From positions 1,452 to 65,451 of the forward strand of contig JAIPET010000003.1 of assembly GCA_021736975.1 (NCBI GenBank): 64,000 bases of DNA, read 5' to 3'. The notes below the pieces were generated by a model. That model saw only the letters and a program-made list of their open reading frames with translations, made no database searches and was not told the DNA's origin. The DNA comes from Candidatus Woesearchaeota archaeon. GTDB lineage: Archaea > Nanobdellota > Nanobdellia > Woesearchaeales > 21-14-0-10-32-9. Every line of letters starts with the position of its first letter. The stretch's first letter is position 1. Position numbers and translations under genes: made by a program. Below are positions 48,618 through 57,338 of the stretch, one piece after another.

Positions 48618-49751
48618 ATGAATATAACAATAATAACAGAACAAAATACAACAGATTTAGTGGTATCAGACTTAAAAGAAACATTTATTTTAGATAAAAT
48701 AAAAAAAACAGGAAATTTCTATGTAAATTTAGAAGCAGAAATAGAAAAAATAATAGAACTAATATATAAAAGTCAATTTTCAAAAAGAATTTTACTAACA
48801 ATATCAACAGGAACATTTACCAACGCAGAAAATTTAATAGAAAAAATAAAAAAAGATCTAAACGAAAAAACTCTGAACTTAATGACAGGAAAAACACTAA
48901 GAACAGAATGCGAACGAACCGGAGAACACGACTTTAATTCAGTACACATAGAACAAGAAATAACAAATATAATAACAGATAAAACAAAACAAAAAACAGA
49001 TCTAAAAAACCCAGATAATTTAATATATATAGAAATAATAAATGATGAATACGCGGTAGGAATAGAACTAGTAAAAAAAGACTTAAGCAAAAGACAACAT
49101 AAAATATTCAACGTATTTAACGAATTAAAAGGAACAACAGCATACAATATGCTATTATTCTCAGAAATAAAATCAAAATCAATAATAGCAGATCCCTTCT
49201 CAATGGGAGGAACAATAACAATAGAAGCTGCAATAAGAAAAAACAATTTTCCAGTACAATTTTATGAAAAACCAATAATAAAAAACATACAAGGATTTGA
49301 AGAAGAAACACAAATAAAAATACAAAAACAACAAGATAAAAAAATACTAAACAAACAAAAAGAAATATACTCAACAGATCCAGCATTCAAAAACATATCA
49401 GCACAAAAAAAGAATGCTAAAATCGCAGGCGTAGAAAAAAACATAGAATTCTCAAAAATAAACGCAGAAGACCTAGATTTAAAAATAGGAGAAAATGAAC
49501 TAGATTTAATAGTCACAAGAATAATAGAACCAAGCAAACACATAAAAGAAAACAAATGTACAAAAATATATGAAGATTTCTTAAAAAATGTGAAAAAACC
49601 ACTAAAAAAAACAGGAACAATAACAATAATCGCAAGAAATCCACAACTCTTTGAAAAAATAGCAAAAGAACAAAAATATGAAAAAATCAAAGAAAAAACA
49701 ATAATGCAAGGAAAACAAGAACTAAATATGGCAATATTTAAAAATCAATAA
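48618..49751 (+). CDS. THUMP-domain class I SAM-dependent RNA methyltransferase-like protein (Trm14/RlmL-like, divergent)
   Basis: IADPFSMGGTITIEAA resembles the DP(F/M)CGSGT(I/L)xIEAA SAM-binding motif. The N-terminal about 150 aa has THUMP-like placement. The catalytic (D/N)PPY motif is not evident. Confidence 0.55.
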   Translation: MNITIITEQNTTDLVVSDLKETFILDKIKKTGNFYVNLEAEIEKIIELIYKSQFSKRILLTISTGTFTNAENLIEKIKKDLNEKTLNLMTGKTLRTECERTGEHDFNSVHIEQEITNIITDKTKQKTDLKNPDNLIYIEIINDEYAVGIELVKKDLSKRQHKIFNVFNELKGTTAYNMLLFSEIKSKSIIADPFSMGGTITIEAAIRKNNFPVQFYEKPIIKNIQGFEEETQIKIQKQQDKKILNKQKEIYSTDPAFKNISAQKKNAKIAGVEKNIEFSKINAEDLDLKIGENELDLIVTRIIEPSKHIKENKCTKIYEDFLKNVKKPLKKTGTITIIARNPQLFEKIAKEQKYEKIKEKTIMQGKQELNMAIFKNQ

Positions 49752-49788
49752 ACCGTTTTAAAATTATTACTTAAAAAGGTGCAAAATA

Positions 49789-50277
49789 ATGCAATGCGAA
49801 ATATGCGGGAAAGAACAAGCAGAATTTTTAGTTGAACTTGAAGGAACTCAAATGAATTTAGGAAGAAACTGTTCAAAAATGGGAAAAACAATAAGGAAAA
49901 TTAGAAACGAACAAGCAAAAAACAAAACAAAAATTCAACAAAATCCTGCATTTAAACCTCAAAATTTATCAAAAGAAGAACCTGTAGAAATAATAGTAAA
50001 AAATTATTCTGAATTAATAAAACATGCAAGAGAACAAAAAGGCTTAAAACAAGAAGATTTTGCAAAACAATTACATGAAAAAGAATCAGTATTACATTCA
50101 ATAGAATCAGGGCATAGAGAACCAAGAATAGAACTAGCAAGAAAACTTGAAAGAATGTTAGGAATAAAATTAGTAGAACAATACGAAGAAAAAACAATGA
50201 AATATGCAGCAAATAAAGATCAACCATTGACAGCAGGACATTTAATACAAATAAAAACAAGAAAAAAACAGAAATAG
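49789..50277 (+). CDS. mbf1: Archaeal multiprotein-bridging factor 1 (Zn-ribbon plus Cro/C1-type HTH)
   Basis: N-terminal MQCEICGKEQ...NCSKMG Zn-ribbon-like segment. HTH region IKHAREQKGLKQEDFAKQLHEKESVLHSIESG. GGTG lies upstream of the ATG. Confidence 0.85.
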   Translation: MQCEICGKEQAEFLVELEGTQMNLGRNCSKMGKTIRKIRNEQAKNKTKIQQNPAFKPQNLSKEEPVEIIVKNYSELIKHAREQKGLKQEDFAKQLHEKESVLHSIESGHREPRIELARKLERMLGIKLVEQYEEKTMKYAANKDQPLTAGHLIQIKTRKKQK

Positions 50278-50336
50278 TTTTTTTTTAAAAATGTTAAAAT
50301 AAATTTAATATACAAAAAATACAAATAAAAAGAAAA

Positions 50337-51026
50337 ATGAAGAAAAATATGTTAATTATTATTTTTATTGCATTATTTATCTTAGTTATAGGATATGTAT
50401 ATTTTGCAATTCAAACAGAAAAATCAAGAAATCCTTTAATAAATGAATCAAATTTAGAAGAAACATATCAATTATACGTAACTTCAAATCCTTTAACAGA
50501 AAATAGATTAATAGAAGGACAAAATTCTGCTCAAATAACTATAATATCTGTGCTAGATCTAAATTCAAATGAATCAAATAAATTCTATCAAGAAACAATA
50601 AAACAAATAAGAGAAGAATATATTAAAACAGGACAAGTAAAAATCCAATACAAATACTACATAACAAATCAAGATAAATCAGAACAAACAGATAGATATT
50701 TAAAAGCAAAAGCAATATATTGTTATACACAATCAAATGGAAAAAACATAACAGAAATACACAATAAAATTATGTATAAAGATAATATAAACACAATAGA
50801 AGTAAACGAATTAAATATGAATTATGAAAAATATTTTGATTGTATTAGAAATCAAGAACCAAAACAACTAATTCAAGATATTATAGAAACAGAACAATTC
50901 AGAATAGAAGCACCAAGTTTAATAATAGGAATAAACGGAAAAGATAACACAAGATTATACGGACAACCATCAGAAGATATATTAAGAAGAACAATAAGAA
51001 ATCAACAAATAAAATTAGGAATATAA
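50337..51026 (+). CDS. Membrane-anchored DsbA/thioredoxin-fold protein with SxxS in place of CxxC
   Basis: The N-terminal TM segment is followed by AQITIISVLDLNSNESNKFYQETIKQIREEYIKTGQVKIQYKYY. This aligns by eye to the DsbA-like pattern xVxxFxDxxCPxCxxF...G-V-(K/R), with both Cys positions read as Ser. Confidence 0.55.
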   Translation: MKKNMLIIIFIALFILVIGYVYFAIQTEKSRNPLINESNLEETYQLYVTSNPLTENRLIEGQNSAQITIISVLDLNSNESNKFYQETIKQIREEYIKTGQVKIQYKYYITNQDKSEQTDRYLKAKAIYCYTQSNGKNITEIHNKIMYKDNINTIEVNELNMNYEKYFDCIRNQEPKQLIQDIIETEQFRIEAPSLIIGINGKDNTRLYGQPSEDILRRTIRNQQIKLGI

Positions 51027-51032
51027 ATTAAA

Positions 51033-52301
51033 ATGACACCGCAAGAAATAACATTATTCATATACAATTTAGCATTAATACCAGTAGTATTCTTTTCTTT
51101 ACTATTTTTAATATTATCAGCATTAAACTTATTTGTAGATAATACAAAACAAAAAGATAAGAAAACAAAAAATTATTATCCATTTGTAACAGTACAAATC
51201 CCAAGTTTCAATGATCCTGTAGCTGTAAGATGCATAAAAGCATGTATGAAATTAAATTATCCAAAAGACAAATATGAAATCATGATCGTTGATGATTCAA
51301 CAAATAAAGAAACACAAAGAATACTTAAAAAATTCGAAACAGAAAATAAAGGATTCATAAAATATGTTCATAGAGAAAACAGAGAAGGATATAAACCAGG
51401 AGCATTAAAAGACGCAATGCACTTAGTTAAAGGAGAAATAATAGCAATATTTGATGCAGATTTTATACCAAAAAAAGATTTTTTAAAAATAATAGTAGAA
51501 CCATTTCAAAATCCAAAAGTAGCAATAGTACAAGGAAGACAAGGATTCATAAATACAGAAAAAAACCTAATAACAAAATTTGCAGCATACTTATTAATGA
51601 TTCACCACACAATACTTATGCCAATAAATCATAAATTTAACTCAGTATTCTTCTGTGGAACAGGAGGCGCAATAAGAAAAAAAGCAATAGATGACGTTGG
51701 TGGATGGAATGCAGATAGTATAACTGAAGACTCAGATTTAAGTGTTAAAATACTAAGTAAAGGATACAAAAATGTATATGTCAAATTTGAAACTCCATCC
51801 GAAGTGCCAGAAACAATAGAAGCATTTTTAAAACAACAACAAAGATGGACTTTTGGAAATATAAGAGTATTTATAGATAACGCAAAACAAATAATATTTA
51901 GTAAAAAATTCAAATTTGGACAAAAATTCATGATGACTTTTGTCACATTAGGACCAGGAATTGCTCCAATAATATTACTAATGACCTTAGCAGGATTTGC
52001 AGGATGGTTCTTTGGAGAACCACAATTATTCGGAGTTCAACAACTAATGGAATTTACAGCAAAATTCTTCATAACCGCAGGATTTCTACTAATGGCATAC
52101 ATTACATTATATAAACAAAGAAGTCTAAAACATTTTCCAAGTTTAGTACTAGCAACTTTTTCAATATCAATAGTACTTGCAATGGCAAATTCAGTAGCTG
52201 TATATAAAGCATTATTTCAAAAAAATAAACACTTATACAAAGATAAAAAGAACTCATGGATAAGCACACCTAAAACCGGAAATGCGAAGTTCTTAAAATG
52301 A
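51033..52301 (+). CDS. Family 2 glycosyltransferase, processive type (D, D, D, QxxRW)
   Basis: VQIPSFND, IVDDSTN, IFDADF, ITEDSDLS and FLKQQQRWTFG, plus N- and C-terminal TM segments. Confidence 0.85.
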   Translation: MTPQEITLFIYNLALIPVVFFSLLFLILSALNLFVDNTKQKDKKTKNYYPFVTVQIPSFNDPVAVRCIKACMKLNYPKDKYEIMIVDDSTNKETQRILKKFETENKGFIKYVHRENREGYKPGALKDAMHLVKGEIIAIFDADFIPKKDFLKIIVEPFQNPKVAIVQGRQGFINTEKNLITKFAAYLLMIHHTILMPINHKFNSVFFCGTGGAIRKKAIDDVGGWNADSITEDSDLSVKILSKGYKNVYVKFETPSEVPETIEAFLKQQQRWTFGNIRVFIDNAKQIIFSKKFKFGQKFMMTFVTLGPGIAPIILLMTLAGFAGWFFGEPQLFGVQQLMEFTAKFFITAGFLLMAYITLYKQRSLKHFPSLVLATFSISIVLAMANSVAVYKALFQKNKHLYKDKKNSWISTPKTGNAKFLK

Positions 52302-53563
52302 ATCTTGAATTAATAATTTCAACAATAATAACAACAATATTTCTAATAGTTATAATTTCTTATTACATATTATTATTCAAAAAGAAAAAACAAAAAGAAA
52401 AAACAAACAAAATATACGATAGCATATCAATAATAATACCTGCTCATAACGAACAAAGATATATAGAAAAATCAATTAATGCAGCAATCAAAGCAAAATT
52501 TAAAGGAAAAAAACAAATCATAATAATAAATGATGGTTCAACAGATAATACAAAACAAATACTGCAAAATCTTGAAAAAAAACACAATCTAAAAATAATA
52601 CACCAAAAACACAGTGGTAAAGCAAAAAGCATAAACAAAGCGCTAAAAATCTCCACAGGAAAACTAATAGCAATAATAGATGCAGATTCAATAATACAAG
52701 AAGATGCACTGATAAAAGCAATACCATATATAAAACAAAAAAAAGTAGGAATAGTGTGTAGCACAGTAAAAGTAGCAAACAGAAAACATCCAATTGGAAT
52801 GTATTTACATTTAGAACAACTATATAATTCGCTTCTAAGATCATTATTTACAAAAATGAACGTAAACATAGTAGCGCCTGGACCACTATCTATTTATGAT
52901 AAACAAATATTACAAGAAATGCAAGGATTTTCAACAAAAGGATATTCAGAAGACGTAGATATAGCAATAAGATACATAAAAAAAGGATATACAATAGAAC
53001 ACGCAGAAGAAAGCATATCCGAAACATATATGCCACTAGATGCAAAAGGATTCTTCAGACAAAGAAGCAGATTTGCAAAAGGATGGCTGAACATATTCTC
53101 AAAACACCTGAAAATGAATAAATTTCTCATAGAAATTTATACTCTACCCTTGATGTTGTTTTCATACTTTCAAGCAGTAATAATGGGCATTATAACTTTT
53201 TACAACATAATATCAGGATATATAACATACTTTGCTTCAAAAGGAATCTATATGAGTACAGGAGTGCTAGAATTCCTACTAGATTGGATAAGCATATCAG
53301 GAATAATAAAATGGACTATAAGAATAATACAAGGCCAAGAACCAATTACAGCAATTATAATAATAACACTATTAGCATCACTCCTAGTTTATCCGCTATA
53401 CATAATAGCGATACTCAGATATGATAAAAAAATCAAAATATGGCACATAATACCAATACTATTCTTCGCACCATTTTGGTGGATAATAATGCTAATATAC
53501 ATAATAAATTTACCAGAATACTTCAATAAAAATCAAAAAAATATTTGGCATAAAGACACATAG
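52298..53563 (+). CDS. Family 2 glycosyltransferase (PgaC/NodC-like layout)
   Basis: ATGA overlap with the previous gene. IIIPAHNE, INDGSTDNT, IIDADS, YSEDVDIA and FRQRSRFAKGW (a variant of QxxRW). C-terminal TM bundle. Confidence 0.8.
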   Translation: MNLELIISTIITTIFLIVIISYYILLFKKKKQKEKTNKIYDSISIIIPAHNEQRYIEKSINAAIKAKFKGKKQIIIINDGSTDNTKQILQNLEKKHNLKIIHQKHSGKAKSINKALKISTGKLIAIIDADSIIQEDALIKAIPYIKQKKVGIVCSTVKVANRKHPIGMYLHLEQLYNSLLRSLFTKMNVNIVAPGPLSIYDKQILQEMQGFSTKGYSEDVDIAIRYIKKGYTIEHAEESISETYMPLDAKGFFRQRSRFAKGWLNIFSKHLKMNKFLIEIYTLPLMLFSYFQAVIMGIITFYNIISGYITYFASKGIYMSTGVLEFLLDWISISGIIKWTIRIIQGQEPITAIIIITLLASLLVYPLYIIAILRYDKKIKIWHIIPILFFAPFWWIIMLIYIINLPEYFNKNQKNIWHKDT

Positions 53564-53599
53564 GAAAACTATAAAAACTAGAGAGGCGTACTTTAAAAA

Positions 53600-54136
53600 A
53601 TGATACTAAAAAAATCAATAACAAACTCAATTGCCTTTTTGAAAAGACCAGAAGAAACCTTCAAAAATTTAAAAAGCGAAACACTAGAAAAAGTGCTAGA
53701 AGATTATATGAAATTACTTCTCGGATCAGGAATAATAGCAGGAATCATATCAATAATATTTTCTATGTTAAGAGCAGTATATCTACAAACATTTCAAGGA
53801 ATAACAATAGAATACTTAAGATTACTAAATTACTCAATAGGACTAGGAACCGGAATATTCTTTTTTTATTTATTTATAGGAACATTTGGGATGATAATCA
53901 TATCAACAATTATTTGGCTTTTTGTAAGAAAAATAAAATACTACGAATTTATAAAAATAATATGTATGTCATTATACCCTTTTTTCTTATTTTCATGGAT
54001 ATATGTAAAAGCAGCTCCGATGCTATTAATATGGTCTTTATTCTTATTAATACTAGGTATAAAAAATTATAATGAAAAAAAACAAGAAAAAAATGTCCCG
54101 AAAAAAACAAGAAAAAAATCAAAAACGAAGAAATAA
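53600..54136 (+). CDS. Multi-pass membrane protein (Yip1-domain-like)
   Basis: About 5 hydrophobic segments after a short soluble N-terminus (FLKRPEETFKNL). Lys-rich tail encoded by an A-rich tract. Confidence 0.45.
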   Translation: MILKKSITNSIAFLKRPEETFKNLKSETLEKVLEDYMKLLLGSGIIAGIISIIFSMLRAVYLQTFQGITIEYLRLLNYSIGLGTGIFFFYLFIGTFGMIIISTIIWLFVRKIKYYEFIKIICMSLYPFFLFSWIYVKAAPMLLIWSLFLLILGIKNYNEKKQEKNVPKKTRKKSKTKK

Positions 54137-54806
54137 AATAATTATATTGGCAATTTTATTTTCTATAGTGTTCTACGTAGCAGGAACTATTACAGGATTA
54201 TATGCAAATAAAATATTTTCAGAACAAATATCTCAAGATCTTGATAAAATAAAATCAGATTTAGATAATTCTGCATTAGATATAAAAAACATTCAATTAA
54301 AACAATATTATATCGAAAATTTTAATGAAGATGAATGCAAATTTATGAAAATATATAATGAGAATCAACTAAAATTAATAGAAAACTTTTGGTCAACTCT
54401 CCCTAAACGAATGGAAGAATATGAAAAAAATAATGAATTAACAGAAGATTATATTGCAATAAAAAGAGAATACGCAAGATTTTCATTAAGATATTGGTTA
54501 ACATTAAAAAATTACAATGAAAATTGTCAAAAAGAAGAAATAACACCAGTATTATATTTTTATACTAAAGATTGTCAAAATTGCTTAGAACAAGCAAAAG
54601 AATTTGATAAATTCAGAGAATCATTAAGTACTCAAAATAAAACACTTTTAGTCTTTCCCATAGATGGCGAATTTAATGAAGATATGATAACTATTTTAAA
54701 ACAGTATTATGAAATACAAAGCTATCCAACAACCATAATAAAAAAACAAGTCATACAAGGTAAAGTAATTGATAAACAAGAAATGAGACTTGCAATAAAT
54801 AACTAA
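54072..54806 (+). CDS. Membrane-anchored thioredoxin-fold protein with CxxC (DCQNC)
   Basis: TM segment IIILAILFSIVFYVAGTITGLYA. C-terminal PVLYFYTKDCQNCLEQAKEF...YPTTII is thioredoxin-like with a cis-Pro region. The start is uncertain (ATG 54072 or 54093); it overlaps the previous ORF. Confidence 0.65.
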   Translation: MKKNKKKMSRKKQEKNQKRRNKIIILAILFSIVFYVAGTITGLYANKIFSEQISQDLDKIKSDLDNSALDIKNIQLKQYYIENFNEDECKFMKIYNENQLKLIENFWSTLPKRMEEYEKNNELTEDYIAIKREYARFSLRYWLTLKNYNENCQKEEITPVLYFYTKDCQNCLEQAKEFDKFRESLSTQNKTLLVFPIDGEFNEDMITILKQYYEIQSYPTTIIKKQVIQGKVIDKQEMRLAINN

Positions 54807-55882
54807 ACACAAAATATATTCTTCACAAAGTTTAAAATCTTTTTAAAAATATACATATATATTATAGAAAAATAATAAGAAGACAATAACAACAAAAATG
54901 TCATTAAAATAAGAAACAACCAACCAGCTAAATTCAAATTAAAGTTAGTATATATTGGCATAAATAAATTAAATAAAAGGATTGAATGTAGCAAATAGAT
55001 GATCAAAGTATGCTTTCCAATTTTGCAAAAATAACGATAAAATACAGATTTTTCAATAACAAAAAACTTGTTTTTTAATAACAACATCGCGAAAAAAATA
55101 AATATTGAATAAATGAACATTGAATAAAAATGATTAACATAAGAACTAAAAAATAATACAGATAACAAATAAATAGCTAAAGGAATCATAAATTTTCTAA
55201 AAGAAATACTCTTTAAATCAAATTTTGAAAAATAAATACCAAATACAAAAAAGAAAAAAAATCTGCCACAAAATGCTAAAGAATAAGGGTTGGAATTCCA
55301 ATTAGGAGTCTGCAAATAATATTCTAATATAAACATAAAAAAACTAAAAACAAAAGAAACTGCCAAACCCAAATAACTTACTATGAATTTCTTATACTTT
55401 AAAATTAAAGGAAATAACAAATATAATTGAATAATTAAAGGAATAAAATAAAAATTCCCATTAGCAGTACCTAAAAACAAATATTCCAAAAAACCCTGAA
55501 AAGATAAATTAGGCTTGTAAAAAATAATTAGAAGCATAACAAATAAAGCATAAGGCAAAAAAACCCTTTCAAACATAGAATAATAAAATTTTTTGATAGT
55601 TATTTTAGACTCGTATTTTTTCCCTAACAATATTCCTGAAACAAGAATAAATAAAGGGATAGCAAACCAAAAAAACTCGTGTAGAACAACATAATTAGAA
55701 TCAAGAAACCATATTAAATGAATCATGATTATAAAAACAATTGCTACGCCTTTGATAAAATCAAAAAAAAGAATTCTTTGATTAATAGTGTGGTTGATTT
55801 TCAAATTTTTGAAATTAAATAATATGGCGCCCAAAAATAAGAGGCTAAGGAAAATTTCTAGCAAATAAAACCAATTAAACAT
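54803..55882 (-). CDS. Acyltransferase_3-family membrane O-acyltransferase
   Basis: About 10 TM segments. N-terminal FDFIKGVAIVFIIMIHL matches the family pattern D-x-(I/L)-(K/R)-G-x-A-x(n)-H. Confidence 0.7.
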   Translation of the reverse strand: MFNWFYLLEIFLSLLFLGAILFNFKNLKINHTINQRILFFDFIKGVAIVFIIMIHLIWFLDSNYVVLHEFFWFAIPLFILVSGILLGKKYESKITIKKFYYSMFERVFLPYALFVMLLIIFYKPNLSFQGFLEYLFLGTANGNFYFIPLIIQLYLLFPLILKYKKFIVSYLGLAVSFVFSFFMFILEYYLQTPNWNSNPYSLAFCGRFFFFFVFGIYFSKFDLKSISFRKFMIPLAIYLLSVLFFSSYVNHFYSMFIYSIFIFFAMLLLKNKFFVIEKSVFYRYFCKIGKHTLIIYLLHSILLFNLFMPIYTNFNLNLAGWLFLILMTFLLLLSSYYFSIIYMYIFKKILNFVKNIFCV

Positions 55883-55927
55883 TAGATACCTACAAAAATA
55901 ATGATATAAAAATATTTCGTTGACAAT

Positions 55928-57337
55928 TCAGTTTCCAACAAAACGATAAATAGTAATTGCATCATTATCAAAAACTTTAACAAAAGAATTACTATTACTC
56001 AAAAGAAAAAGAACTCCGTCTTCAGGTCCATTCCAAACTAAACCATTAAGCATTCTTTCATCAATTAAAATATGTGAAATTTTATTTCTTTTAAGAATTT
56101 CTTTTAACTCTTTGAGATCCCTAGTATAAAACAATTCATTTTCAATATTTTTTTTATCAAAATAAGTAACATATGCTGATGAATATGAATCTAAAAACGT
56201 TTTTTTGCCAGCAATTTTTTGAATCATAAAACCATTAGCAAAATAAGAAAATACAACTTCATCATCATTCATAGTTTTTAAAAATCTAAAACTATCAACA
56301 TAATCGCTGCTCATAAAGTTTGTTTCATATTTCATAAAAACTAAAGAAGCAAAAATAATACTACAGATGATTATTAATAAAATAACTTCTTTTAACCAAG
56401 CAACATTCCATTTTTTTGAAATAAAATATTTCACACATATTCCTGAAAATACAGAAATTTCAAGAATAACAAAAATTCTTAAAGACTCAATAAAAAAAGA
56501 ACTTATCAAAATAAGTATAGAAATTAAAGAGATTAATAAAAATTTAAAATCTCTTTTCCACAAAATGAAAATACCTATAAAAAATAAAGCTAATGTGATG
56601 CTGGAAAATGCTTTGGTTCCACCAAGACTAATAAGAATTGATGAAACTGAAAAATTATTTAGAAAAAAACCAAAAAAAGGATTATGTTTAAATAAAAATA
56701 AATTTACAAATAAAACTATTAAACTCGTTATTAAACTCCCCCAAATTATTTTTTTATTAAACTTATTATTAAAATAAGAAAAACTTAAAATTACAATGAA
56801 AAAAACAATAAAATACGCGATATTTAAAAAAGCAATAAATCCAGAAAAAGGAATAACCCAATAACTTTTTTTTAAAAATAATACAAATGAAAAAAGCAAA
56901 CATATTAAATAAAAAGATTCTACATTAACACTTGTAAAAGTGTATATGAAAATAGGTGCAGAAATAAGAAATATTAAAGAAAAAATACTTGCATCTTCAT
57001 GAACGCCAAATTCTTTAATCAAATAATAAAAAAGAGATAAACAAATCAAACCCATAATTACAGGAAGCATATTAATAATAATTATATTTGGAATATTTAA
57101 AAAATATAAAAGAAAATAAAAAAAATTAAACTCAATAGGTCTATTCAAAAGTAAATCAGTATCATAAACACCAGTTTCTTTATATTGATCAATAATTCTT
57201 ATATGATAATAAGATTCTTCACTTAATAAAAAATCAGAACCTCTGAATAAAGATAATAAAACAGGAGTTAACAATAATAACAAACCAGCTATAAAAATGA
57301 AAGGTAACACATTTTTTTTAATTTTCGTATTAAACAT
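55928..57337 (-). CDS. GT-C-fold-like polytopic membrane protein with C-terminal soluble domain (divergent STT3/AglB- or PMT/ArnT-like)
   Basis: About 11-13 TM segments plus a ~120-aa C-terminal domain. ATG at 57337 is preceded by GGAGA with a 6-nt spacer; the alternative ATG at 57352 would overlap the upstream gene. Paralogous in layout to 57339-58844. Confidence 0.5.
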   Translation of the reverse strand: MFNTKIKKNVLPFIFIAGLLLLLTPVLLSLFRGSDFLLSEESYYHIRIIDQYKETGVYDTDLLLNRPIEFNFFYFLLYFLNIPNIIIINMLPVIMGLICLSLFYYLIKEFGVHEDASIFSLIFLISAPIFIYTFTSVNVESFYLICLLFSFVLFLKKSYWVIPFSGFIAFLNIAYFIVFFIVILSFSYFNNKFNKKIIWGSLITSLIVLFVNLFLFKHNPFFGFFLNNFSVSSILISLGGTKAFSSITLALFFIGIFILWKRDFKFLLISLISILILISSFFIESLRIFVILEISVFSGICVKYFISKKWNVAWLKEVILLIIICSIIFASLVFMKYETNFMSSDYVDSFRFLKTMNDDEVVFSYFANGFMIQKIAGKKTFLDSYSSAYVTYFDKKNIENELFYTRDLKELKEILKRNKISHILIDERMLNGLVWNGPEDGVLFLLSNSNSFVKVFDNDAITIYRFVGN

Positions 57338-57338
57338 T

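Noticed and set aside
56367-56777. 136-aa plus-strand Lys-rich ORF (and similar ones at 48158-48439 and 58432-58635).
   Set aside because: They are antisense to polytopic membrane-protein genes. The Lys/Asn/Ile-rich translation is what is expected from reverse-complementing Phe/Leu/Ile-rich TM codons.
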